A stretch of 62,925 nucleotides of DNA, counting the filler, from Thraustochytrium aureum (Eukaryota): NCBI GenBank assembly GCA_012862495.1. It is 6 parts of 3 records of this genome, joined end to end, with 100 filler letters (N's around TTAATTAATTAA, not from the genome) between each part and the next. Parts side by side here need not be neighbours in the genome. Positions count along the whole stretch, not along the records: positions 11,988 to 38,792 come from BLSG01000091.1; 5 more parts are not named here. One strand, given 5' to 3'. This document shows, piece after piece, positions 20,677 to 31,654 of this stretch. Below the pieces are notes generated by a model, which saw only the letters and a program-made list of their open reading frames with translations, searched no databases and was not told the DNA's origin. Position numbers and translations under genes: made by a program. The first letter of the stretch is position 1, and each line of letters begins with the position of its first letter.

Positions 20677-20742
20677 AGTGCGCTTGCGGTTCGCACAGTT
20701 GAGGAAAGTGGCGAGCCGCCTTTGTGAAGTGCGCTTGCGGTT
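20589..20742. repeat. 51-bp tandem repeat, about 3 copies, overlapping the end of the TTL gene
   Basis: Unit GAGGAAAGTGGCGAGCCGCCTTTGTGAAGTGCGCTTGCGGTTCGCACAGTT starts at 20599, 20650 and 20701. Confidence 0.92.
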
Positions 20743-21210
20743 GTAGTGGAAGCGGATTGTGCGTTTGAAGGAGATCGCGCGAGTCAGTAGCTCGGGCCAG
20801 AGACGCGCATCACAGGGGCTAGCCGTGCATGCCGCGCTTTGGACCCGTTACAGAGAAAAAAACCAACATTGTAGTCCTGACTTGCCTCTCTCTCTCTCTT
20901 CTTGATCAAGCGCTGGAGAGCTGGAGAGCCGCATCCGAAAAAGCCATCCCACCCGCACAGCAACTGCGGGAAAACAATGCTCGCCCAGCATTGTCTTCTG
21001 CGCACCAAGCGGGCGGCTGTTGCGGCAAGCTAAGAGCCGCCACCAGACAATAAAACGGATTGCGTGTCTCTTTACAAACTTGATGCGCAGCTACGGCGAG
21101 TCGAGCTGCAATGGCCTCAACGTAGAGTATAGAGTACAAAGGGGGCGCCAAAAACAACGATGTGACAGAAGCAACGCGCGCAGCTTGTCGGCGGCGCGCA
21201 AGGCTGCCAA

Positions 21211-22248
21211 CTACTTTCGGCGCAGCGTCTCGAGCAAAGGCGTCACCAAAGTGGCCCACATCCAGGAGGCCTGCGCGGAACGGGGCGAAGGAAAGTCGAG
21301 CGAGCCCAGAATCTGCTTTTCCTTGTCGGAAAGCAAGGCCGAGTCGCCGAACAGGCGCAGCGTCTTGGCGTTGACGTTCTTGCGCATCTCAGGAGTGACG
21401 ACGCGGCGAGCGAGGTCTTCGAGGAGCGGCTCCCCAAAGAAGCGGAGTGCCTTGTCGCTGATGACCTGCGTCTCCGCACGTGGTGGCAGGCGGAGCTGCT
21501 CGGGGGTCGGCTGGGCCTTGAGGGTCGCCATCAGCTGGCGGCGGATCCGCTGTCTCTCCTTGTCTGCCTCGGCGGCCTTTTGGCGGATCTGCGCGCGGCG
21601 CTGCTCGGCGTGCATGTCGCTCCCCAGGCGGTGCAGCACCTTGGGAGAATCCGCTACGAGTGAGGGCTCGCCCAGCAGCTGAAACACCTTGGGGTGCTTG
21701 CGAGCGATCTGTCGCTCCTCGTTCGTGACGACGCGGCGGGAGGCCTCTGCGAGCGCGTCATCGCCCAGGAGCTGGAGCGCTTTGCTGCTGATTCGCCGGC
21801 CTGGGTGCGGCAGAGCGAGTTGTTCGCGCGTGGGCGGCTGCTCGGCAACCGCCTTTACGCGCTGCTGCTGCAGCTTGCGCACGCGGTCCAGCTCCCCAAG
21901 GTGGCTCTTGTACGCGTTGCGGAGTTGCGCGGCGGTCATTTCGTGCATGCCGAGCACCTTTTGCGCCTTTGGCGGGAAGAGCATAGGGTCTCCAAGCACG
22001 CGCATCGCCTTTGGGGACAGGTACCCTGGATTGGTGCCCAGGTGCGCGGGCCCATCGTGTTTGCTTTCTTCTTCCTCTTCCTCCGCGTCGCTGTCCTCGT
22101 TGTTGTTCTTGCCGTTGGGGGAGTACGAGTGTGCGTCGGCGACTTGCTCGGCGCCGTCCTTGGTCTCTTCCACGCTGTCCTCGTCGTCACTTGTCGAGGC
22201 AGGCCCGGGGCTCAGCGAGTCTGGGGCAAGTTCAGGGCCGGCGTCTCC
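21211..22248 (-). CDS. Hypothetical protein with 8 short 'xK(A/V)Lx(L/V)LG' repeats (5' end in gap)
   Basis: Acidic N-terminal region, then SPKAMRVLGD, PPKAQKVLGM, SSKALQLLGD, HPKVFQLLGE, SPKVLHRLGS, SDKALRFFGE, NAKTLRLFGD and SDKEKQILGS. Confidence 0.7.
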   Translation of the reverse strand, partial: GDAGPELAPDSLSPGPASTSDDEDSVEETKDGAEQVADAHSYSPNGKNNNEDSDAEEEEEESKHDGPAHLGTNPGYLSPKAMRVLGDPMLFPPKAQKVLGMHEMTAAQLRNAYKSHLGELDRVRKLQQQRVKAVAEQPPTREQLALPHPGRRISSKALQLLGDDALAEASRRVVTNEERQIARKHPKVFQLLGEPSLVADSPKVLHRLGSDMHAEQRRAQIRQKAAEADKERQRIRRQLMATLKAQPTPEQLRLPPRAETQVISDKALRFFGEPLLEDLARRVVTPEMRKNVNAKTLRLFGDSALLSDKEKQILGSLDFPSPRSAQASWMWATLVTPLLETLRRK

Positions 22249-25200
22249 NNNNNNNNNNNNNNNNNNNNNNNNNNNNNNNNNNNNNNNNNNNNNNNNNNNN
22301 NNNNNNNNNNNNNNNNNNNNNNNNNNNNNNNNNNNNNNNNNNNNNNNNNNNNNNNNNNNNNNNNNNNNNNNNNNNNNNNNNNNNNNNNNNNNNNNNNNNN
22401 NNNNNNNNNNNNNNNNNNNNNNNNNNNNNNNNNNNNNNNNNNNNNNNNNNNNNNNNNNNNNNNNNNNNNNNNNNNNNNNNNNNNNNNNNNNNNNNNNNNN
22501 NNNNNNNNNNNNNNNNNNNNNNNNNNNNNNNNNNNNNNNNNNNNNNNNNNNNNNNNNNNNNNNNNNNNNNNNNNNNNNNNNNNNNNNNNNNNNNNNNNAT
22601 GCAGGCTGGCAGGCGGGCTGCCGGGCGCGTTGCTGCTGCGAACGAGAATGCGTGCTGGTCTGGCTGCATGCACGTGGGGGTGTTCCTCCGCTGTCCGCTG
22701 TTTTCTCTCCTGGTCTTGTTGCTGCTGCTGTTGCTGTTCTCAATCAAATCAATCGACAATTGTTGTTCAACAAAAGTCAAAGTTGAATTTTTTTTTTCTC
22801 TGGGACTTGGTCGTTTTCGCTCGTTCAACTTTGCGTCCACGTTTGTGAATGAATTTCAATGAAAGCAAACCACTTGCGAAGGCAAGGCAAAGGAAGGGAA
22901 GGGAGCCACAGCACAACGTGAACGTGACTGGACTGTGTGAATGCAGTTCAGAATGCACGCGGAGGAGCCCCGCGCTGTCTGCACAGGTGTGAACAGCAGT
23001 GTCAACAATGTCAACATGGACAGGGCGTTTTCGTGAGAGTTTTCAGCTGCGTTCAGCAGCGCGAAGCGGCGAACGATTCGCGAACGCGGAGGTGCACCGG
23101 GTCGCTGTCCAGATGACTCGAGTCGGACGTGGAATGGTGAAACAATCCCTGCGTGGCTGGAAATCGGCGCTCGCGGCTCTTCGGATCCGCGCTGGCAGGC
23201 ACGCGCTCTGACGTGACATTCCGACGTCTCGAACGCACGCTGCGCAGGGCGCGCGAGTCGCTTGACCGATCAAGAGCGCTCTTCGAGGCCGAGTTGCGGG
23301 ATTTTTTCTTCGACAACGCGCGCCTTCAGGCGCTCCCGTCCAGGATTCCCACGCCGTGGTGGGTAGGTACGAGAGTAGGTACTTCGGTACCTTCCGGCGA
23401 TTGCTCAGCAAGCTGGTACAGCAAGCTTTCAGTACTCGCGGTCCGTGCAGGCAGCAAGCAAGGAGGCTTGCGAGCACGTTCATCGAAAGGTCGGGACGAG
23501 CCGCGTGACGCGGGCAGGCCGCAGCGCGCACGTTTTAGCCGACGGACAGCAAGCTGGAGCAGGCCGGCCAGGCCACGAGCCAGGACTGGTACACCAGCGG
23601 AGCCGCTGGTCCGCCTCGTCGATTCAATCAAAGCAACGCACCAAGCTCTCAGGAGTCCCGCCCAATGTGAGCGCGCGGAACAATCTCGTACACTACCGGT
23701 CCAAATCCCACCCGCCGCTGCCGCATTTCTTGCGTCGGCCGCGCGCGCTTGCTACGGACTCGCGAGCGCGCGAGCGCCAGCCGCCCTCACCCACGCACCG
23801 CCCTGCCTTCGAGCCAGAAAATACCACGTCGAGCTGGCCGAGCCAGCCGAGCCAGCCTCACGAACAAACCCGCGCACAGTTCTGGCTCCGTGTGCCAGCC
23901 AGCCTCTGCTTGCCGAGCCAGCCGAAAGCAACGAGCTCGAGGGAATGCATTCGCAAGAAAGAGGCTCCATGCTGCCGTGCTCCACGCGTTTTGTTTGCCA
24001 TGATCAACATCAAGCAATTCATTCTTTCAAGTTGGTCCGTGTTCTTTGGTTCGTGTCGCGTTTGGATCGCTCGATCAGCAGGCAAGAGCAGAGCAGTTCG
24101 GTTAGTTATCCAGTCCGTTCCGAGTTGGACTTCGCAGCGCTCGACTCGGAGGAGCACACCAAAAGCAACACACTGGCGGCCAATGCCCAAAAACTACAAC
24201 GAGCCTCCAAACTTGAAAGAATAACGCAAAGAAAAGCTCAAAAAAAGCGAAAGCACAACACAATCGCAACGTCCGCGTCCAAGCGAAGGAAAGGCGAGGC
24301 TCAAACAACTCAAACAACGACCGTCACTGACGAAACACCAAAGTACTCTTAGCCTACGGCAAGAGAAAGAGAAGGAGAGAGAGGGAGGAGAAGGAGAGAG
24401 GCTTTTGCTTGCATGCGTTCGTTCGTCCATGCACACGTGGACAAGGCGACTCGCAGACCGCCAAACAAACAGCAGACAAGCGACGGAGGAACANNNNNNN
24501 NNNNNNNNNNNNNNNNNNNNNNNNNNNNNNNNNNNNNNNNNNNNNNNNNNNNNNNNNNNNNNNNNNNNNNNNNNNNNNNNNNNNNNNNNNNNNNNNNNNN
24601 NNNNNNNNNNNNNNNNNNNNNNNNNNNNNNNNNNNNNNNNNNNNNNNNNNNNNNNNNNNNNNNNNNNNNNNNNNNNNNNNNNNNNNNNNNNNNNNNNNNN
24701 NNNNNNNNNNNNNNNNNNNNNNNNNNNNNNNNNNNNNNNNNNNNNNNNNNNNNNNNNNNNNNNNNNNNNNNNNNNNNNNNNNNNNNNNNNNNNNNNNNNN
24801 NNNNNNNNNNNNNNNNNNNNNNNNNNNNNNNNNNNNNNNNNNNNNNNNNNNNNNNNNNNNNNNNNNNNNNNNNNNNNNNNNNNNNNNNNNNNNNNNNNNN
24901 NNNNNNNNNNNNNNNNNNNNNNNNNNNNNNNNNNNNNNNNNNNNNNNNNNNNNNNNNNNNNNNNNNNNNNNNNNNNNNNNNNNNNNNNNNNNNNNNNNNN
25001 NNNNNNNNNNNNNNNNNNNNNNNNNNNNNNNNNNNNNNNNNNNNNNNNNNNNNNNNNNNNNNNNNNNNNNNNNNNNNNNNNNNNNNNNNNNNNNNNNNNN
25101 NNNNNNNNNNNNNNNNNNNNNNNNNNNNNNNNNNNNNNNNNNNNNNNNNNNNNNNNNNNNNNNNNNNNNNNNNNNNNNNNNNNNNNNNNNNNNNNNNNNN

Positions 25201-25457
25201 NNNNNNNNNNNNNNNNNNNNNNNNNNNNNNNNNNNNNNNNNNNNNNNNNNNNNNNNNNNNNNNNNNNNNNNNNNNNNNNNNNNNNNNNNNNNNNNNNNNN
25301 NNNNNNNNNNNNNNNNNNNNNNNNNNNNNNNNNNNNNNNNNNNNNNNNNNNNNNNNNNNNNNNNNNNNNNNNNNNNNNNNNNNNNNNNNNNNNNNNNNNN
25401 NNNNNNNNNNNNNNNNNNNNNNNNNNNNNNNNNNNNNNNNNNNNNNNNNNNNNNNNN

Positions 25458-26605
25458 CGCGGTGTGGGACCCCAGCGAGGTCCTCGGGGTCGGCTTTGGC
25501 GCCCCCAAGGGCCACGGCGTGAGCGCCTCGGGCGAGGCGACCCCGCCGGTACTTTCCGCAGCCCGCCGGCGAGCCGAGCCCAGTCAGCAGCAGCAGCAAC
25601 CGGTCCCACAACATGGGCGGCGCGCAAGACCATTTCCTTCCAAAGCTCTCGAAGGACAATCGCTCGATCGTGCAGAGCTTGGCCACCTTCCTTATCGAGG
25701 AGCAGGCGTTTACCCGCGCGATCTTCGACGCGCTGTCTGCGATGCCCGCGAACACGCCGATGAAGAAGATGAAGGCGGTGTTCATCCGCGTTGCGCACGA
25801 GCAGCTCGGGGTCTTTTGCGAGAGCAACGACATCAACCTGGCCCAGTTCGACCGCCTCTTTGACGACCAGCCCCCGCTTGACTTTCTCAAGCAAGCCGCG
25901 ACGCGCCTCAAGAACCTGCAGGAGACCATGCGGACCTACGCCGACTTGAAGAAGGACGGCTCTCGCAACGCCGCGGGCGCGCCGCCCCACGGCGACGCGG
26001 CGGGCCTTGCTGCTGCCGGTGAGAGCTTTCCGGGGTCCCAGCCGCTTGCCAAGCGATCGCGGCCCTCCCCGGACATGCCCGCCATCAACTGTAGCGGGAC
26101 GTACGAGATGGACGCGGACCTCTTGGACGCGCACGCCTACATGCGCGAGGTTCGCGGGGTGCCGTGGGTGCTCCGCAAGATGATCGCGTACATCGAGCAG
26201 CGCTTTGAGATCGTGCAGCGCGGCTACGACCGCATCCACATGCAAGGCAACCGCAAGCTGCTCTCCAACGGGGTCAACATCTACATCACCGACGGCCGCA
26301 AGCGCAAGTTCACCTTGCAGAGTCCGGTGCCCTGGAGCAAGCCGCTCGCTCAGACCTACGAGGCCTGGTTTGAGTTCCACTCGGCCACGCTGCACATCAT
26401 CCACTACTACTCGGACACGGAGCGCCTCGAACGCGTCATCTCCTACGGCCGCTACCGGCTCCACTTTTCCCTGCGATATCAGACCCTCCTCGAGGGCTCC
26501 TTGGAGTGGACCACGCTGCACACGCGCGGGGGCTACGCCAACCTGGTGCGCCAACTCGATGGGTTTAACGCCGACGCGTTTGCCGATCGCCTGATTCCAA
26601 ACTAG
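25458..26605 (+). CDS. Hypothetical protein with a C-terminal FABP/calycin-like beta-barrel region (5' end probably in the gap)
   Basis: 330-aa ORF from 25613 with GC3-rich codons. NCSGTYEM...YMREVRGVPWVLRKM...FEIVQRG resembles the FABP N-terminal pattern. Confidence 0.6.
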
Positions 26606-26973
26606 AGGGTCCAAGGCGCCGCGAACCTGGCGCAAGACCCGAGCGATGCGATCAAGTAAAATAATCTCAAAATGTTATATGTTAGGCGCTCGTCGCTCCT
26701 CCAGAGCAAACGCGTGTCCCCGTCGCTCGCAGTCCTGGCCTCCCTGGGCGAACCACCCGCCTCGGCGACGCGACACCTCGGGGCGCAGACTGTGGCGGGC
26801 AGCGAGCGGATGGGACAAGACAGGAGCAATGTCGCACGAACCTTAGAGCACAGTGATCCCGCCGTGTCGCTCCTGTTTCGGTACTAGCTAGCTAGTACAT
26901 TGCTCCCGCCGCGCTAAAACAAACAGAAAACTCAGGTCTCCACTGGCCAGAGAAAAACAGCGCGCCGCGCCGC

Positions 26974-28230
26974 TCAGCCAGCCCCGCTATCGCCGCGCAG
27001 GTTCGAGCCACCTTGCGGTTCTGGCGGGGGTGCCGCTGCGATCGCGTGCGCCCCTGCGCTCGCCGTCGTCGTCGCCGCGAGCTCGGCGTCCGGGCTCGTT
27101 CTTGAGGAACACGCTGCTGCCATCCCCAGAGCCCCGCCCTCATTGCGCTGCGAAAGAGCCACCGCTGCAGTCCGCTTGGTCGCCTTGGCTCGCTTCATTT
27201 CCAGACGGCGCTCGCGCTTGGCGGCCTTCTTGCTCTGGGACTTTGAAGGCTGCGCGCTCGGTGCGGCGCGCGCAGCGGCCTGCTCTTCCTCCTTGCGCCT
27301 AGCAACGAGGGACGCAAACCAGCGGACGAGCTCCAAAGCACTCCGGCCCTCCCCAAGCGTCAAGTACGGGGGCCCTCCAGCGTCGCGGCACGCGTGAAGG
27401 CGCGCCAGGAAGTCCGCGCGCGACAAACTGCGCGACCCCATCGTTTCCTTGTAAGGTATGGACATGCCAAGGTCCCACGTCGAGAGGCCTTGCTCAATCA
27501 GAAAAGCCCCCGTGGCCGCCAGCTGGATCGAACCGGCAGAGTCTGCCACCGAAAACCCACTGAGCGAGGCGTAGCAGCCGCCGAACCGGTAGCCCACCTC
27601 CCCCGCAACGAGCGCCCCGTCCGAGTCTCGATAGAGCTCAAACGAGTGCACAAAACGCGCCCGCGGGCACAGCCAGCTGTTCCGCGCGCGCTCATGCGCT
27701 TCAGCGCAGCCACCAATGGCGGGTAAAACCAGTTCTCGCCGTGCTGCTGGATGATCGCGTCACAAACCCGATCGATAGCGGTGTCCATGCGCAACGTGTG
27801 CCCGACTGCCTTTCGGCGCGTCGACTTGGCAACGTGCAAGTCCTCCAGGTCCAGCACGCTCCGCTGTGCGTGCAGCTTGGGCATGACCACGTACGCGTCG
27901 GGCTCGAGCCGTTCGCACATGGGCAGGAACCCCTCGAACATGAGCGTCCCCAAGAAATCCTCGTCAAAGGACACCGCCCAGTTGAAGTCGTGCGGGTTGC
28001 CTTCGGCCACCGCCGCAGTCACCTTCACGCCACGTCGCGCTCGCTTGTCAGCCGCCCGCGCCGTCCCGCCCGTGGGCCCCGTTTCGGCCGCAACTCACCT
28101 CGCCGAGCTCCTCCGCTCTCTCAATAAACGGCAGTCTGAACAGCCACTGGTGCCGGCCCGCGAGGCGCCGCGCCAGCTCCATGTCCTCCTCGCGCGCGCT
28201 GCGCGTTCCGCTCGCAGGGCGGCCGTCCAT
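26974..28230 (-). CDS. Leucyl/phenylalanyl-tRNA--protein transferase family homologue (Aat/ATEL1-like); intron 28023-28098; frameshift at ~27680
   Basis: EGFLPM, PKLHAQRSVL, LHVAKSTRRK, QHGENW, HSFELY...LVAGEVGY, YASLSGF, GSIQLAAT and WDLGM. The 76-nt GTGAGT...GCTGAC...AAG intron is phase 0. Confidence 0.85.
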
Positions 28231-28788
28231 GGCGGCGGCCTTTTCACAAAAATGGCCNNNNNNNNNNNNNNNNNNNNNNNNNNNNNNNNNNNNNNNNNNN
28301 NNNNNNNNNNNNNNNNNNNNNNNNNNNNNNNNNNNNNNNNNNNNNNNNNNNNNNNNNNNNNNNNNNNNNNNNNNNNNNNNNNNNNNNNNNNNNNNNNNNN
28401 NNNNNNNNNNNNNNNNNNNNNNNNNNNNNNNNNNNNNNNNNNNNNNNNNNNNNNNNNNNNNNNNNNNNNNNNNNNNNNNNNNNNNNNNNNNNNNNNNNNN
28501 NNNNNNNNNNNNNNNNNNNNNNNNNNNNNNNNNNNNNNNNNNNNNNNNNNNNNNNNNNNNNNNNNNNNNNNNNNNNNNNNNNNNNNNNNNNNNNNNNNNN
28601 NNTCGCCGGAGCTGGCGCGCAGGGCACGAGCCAGGCGAGCAGGCAGGCAGGCAGGCAGGCAGGCGCGAAGGCAGGCAGGCAGGCGCAGTGCGTGCGTGCG
28701 TGCGTGAGCAAGTGCTGCTGTGCGCGGGGTTTGGCTTGGCTGGGATTTTCGTGGATTTGGGGGATTTTTTCGGTGGTCCCGCGACGGG

Positions 28789-30554
28789 ATGGCCGCGGAC
28801 GAGGCCTGGGTGGCGGAGCGCATGAACGAGGCGAATGTTGCCAGCCAGCGCGGGAGGTACGAGGAGGCGACCAGGCTGTACGAGGAGTGCTTGCAGAGGG
28901 TTCCAACGCACTTTGAGACGCTCGGGAACTTTGCCATTCAAGAGTCGGAGCGCGGCAACAAGGAGCGCGCCAGGGAGCTGTTCGAACGGGCGCTGGCCGT
29001 GAACGGGGCTTGGTTCGAAGGGCACTACAACCTGGCCAACCTGCACGCCGAGCGCGGGCCGGAGGGCGAGGCCAAGGCCATCGACCACTACCTGTGCGCC
29101 GTCAAGCTGAACGACGCGGACGCCGACGCCTACAACAACCTCTCGGCGTGCCTCCTGAACGCAGGCCGCCTCGCAGATGCTCTAGAGTACGCCAAGCGCG
29201 CGCTGCGCCTCGACCGCGCCAACCCGGCCATCCAGGCCAACCTGGCCGAGCTGTACAGCCAAACCGGCGACGCAAAGAAGGCTCTCTTTTTCGCAACCAA
29301 GAGCGCGCCAAAGGTGCCCGCGGTCGGGCGTCTCCTTGCTTCGCTGCCGCGCAGCAAGGCGACCTGGACCAAGCCGTGGAGGCCCTGCAAGCGGTCTGCA
29401 AGGCCTCGACCAAGGTGGAGCTCCCTGCTCGCGTGCGGCTCGCCGCGCTCCTCTGCGCCAAGCGCGAGTGGGCTTCGGCGCGTGCGGCGTTGGAGGAGCT
29501 CGCCACGCTGTACCGCGCCGCGGTGCCTGCCGACCAGCTCGGCGCGCTGGCGCTCGAGCACGTGGCCAGAGGTCACTCGCCCGAGTCTTCATCGGCCCTT
29601 GCGGCGGCCGCGTCGACGCAGCCCGCGCTTTCACCTGCGTGCGAGGCGCTTGTTTTGCACCTCAGCCTGGACGACGCGGCCCCTCTGGCGCACAAGTGCC
29701 AGGTCGCAGAGCGCCTCGCCGCCGCCGCGGCGCAGGCGGTTGCTCCAGAGACGCGCGTCTGCAACAACCCTGCCGAGGTCCGCGCGTGCCTTGAGCTGGC
29801 CGGGGAAGAGCCGGCCGCCGAAGGCTCTGCTGCTGCAGGTGCGCTTTGGTTTCTGAAAGACCCGGCGCTGCAGCGCGGCCAGGGCATCAGCATCCTCAAA
29901 CCGTCCGTGTCAGATGCCGAGCTTGAGCGCCTCGTCCCCAAGGGGCGCCGCGTTTGCATGCAGCGCCAAGTGGACCCCCTCTTGCTCGAAGGCGTAAAGT
30001 TCGGGGTGCGCATGCACGTGCTTGCGACCTTGCGCGAGGGGCGGCTCGCCGTGGCCATGTGCCAGGACGGAATTCTCACAAAGTGCGCCAAGCCGTTCGA
30101 CCCGCTCGACGCCGGCCCGCTCTCCCAGATCACCTGCACCTCGGTACAGCGCGCAGAGCCTGGGTTTGACCGCACCAAGGTCAAAGGGCCCGCGTCCAAG
30201 ATGTGGCCCGGATTCTCCGACTCGCTCGCGAGCATCGAGGCGGCTGTCCTGGCTACGGTTGGGGCTGTGCGCCACGATCTCGCCAAGTCGGCTGACGTGC
30301 CGCCCGCGGGTGCGCCAGTCCGGGCGCAGGTCTTTGGCTACGACTTTATCTTTGCCAAGGACGGCACGCCCGTGTTCATCGAGGCCAACATCTCGCCGCA
30401 ATTCCAGGACGCCAAGGCGATCCCGTCACTAGTGCCAACAGTCGCCCTGCCGATGATAAATGGACTGCCAGAGGCGCTCGGGCTCTGCGACGGGGCGCGG
30501 AGCCAAGCGTTTCCCGAGTCTGGCTGGAAGCACTTGGGCGACCTTGCGCTGTGA
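28789..30554 (+). CDS. TPR-repeat + TTL (ATP-grasp) domain protein (frameshift at ~29346)
   Basis: N-terminal TPRs (HYNLANL, AYNNLSACL...ALRLD), then WFLKDP...GQGI, MQRQVDPLLLEGVKFGVRMHVL and QVFGYDFIF...FIEANISP. Confidence 0.82.
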
Positions 30555-31158
30555 ATCAGCCAGCAGCCTGGAGCATGACGCGGAGGTGTTTTGTCTGCAG
30601 GCAGAACCGGCGGCTGCGAACTCAGATGATCGCGTTTACGTTGTGCGCGCAACGCACCACGTCCGCCTGGTTTTGGCCGTTTCCCCTGACGGCACTGTGG
30701 TAGCAGCGGCGGTCGCCGCCGTTGTGGGGGAGGCGGTGTGAGACAACAATCCATAGCAAATGAATGAAAGATGAATCTCTCGGATCCAGATTCCATACAA
30801 CGAGGTCGGCCCAGTCCAGGTCTGCATGCAAGAGCGCCAGGTCCTGAATCGTGGACACACGCGCCTGCATATCGTCTTGCGGAGCAGGGAAACCCATGTG
30901 TCAGGCCTGCGGAGGTCCGTCGTTGGTTGGTGGCGACGCGGAGGCAAGCCGCGCCTGCGACTGAAGGGCGTAGCGAACAAGAGGCGGTGTACTTGCCGAA
31001 AACGAAAAAAATCGAGCGACGGCGGTGGGGTCGTGGTTCTTTCCGACATTTCGTCGCGAATCGTCCTCGCCCAGCCCAGTACGCTGGCGCCTCGTTGCCG
31101 AGGGCCAGCATCAGCGTGAGAAAGCGCAGCTCGCGTAGGTTGAAAAAGTGAAAAATGG

Positions 31159-31654
31159 CTAGTTTTCTTCTTGCGAGAGCTTGCCAAGGTTGCGCACGTT
31201 GAGGCCAGCGAGCTCCTCCTCGATCTCGCTCGGTAGCGACGCGTAGCACTTTACGGCATAGCAGCCCGACGCGAGCTTGTCCACTCGCTGCCACTTTGCA
31301 ACCCAGCTCTCTGTCGGGTTCATCATAGCGATTATCCCGTCAAAGTCGCTGGACGTCGCGCTCTGGACCTTGTGCTGGTCTTCTTTGAGCTCCAAGAACG
31401 GGCAGTTCTCGCAACCGTCGTTGAGAAACTGATCTCCCCCAACCGCTCCTCGCGTCAGCCCACGGCCAGCAACAAACGCAGCGACTTTCGAAAATCCGCC
31501 GACTCACCTGTTCCATCGTCTTGACGAGCATGCACGGAATGCAGACCCTGAGCGACTTGAGCTCGTTCGGAATATCCGCGGCGCGCTTCACGCCGTGTTC
31601 TGCGGCAGCCTTGTCTTCGTCCAGCCCGTCGTCGTCGTGCTGAAAATACGACAT
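31159..31654 (-). CDS. SPT4: Transcription elongation factor SPT4; exons 31654-31508 and 31428-31159
   Basis: LRVCIPCMLVKTMEQ|FLNDGCENCPFL...TSSDFDGIIAMMNPTESWVAKWQRV...GCYAV. A 79-nt GTGAGT...GCTGAC...CAG intron joins the exons in frame. Confidence 0.95.

Noticed and set aside
23153..24352. 399-aa plus-strand ORF
   Set aside because: No motifs, R/A/S/P-rich composition typical of chance GC-rich ORFs, and it includes repeat-derived segments. It is probably intergenic or UTR sequence.
30576..31150. Small gene or C/D snoRNA between the TPR-TTL gene and SPT4
   Set aside because: There is no recognisable ORF, and no canonical C box paired with a D box and terminal stem.
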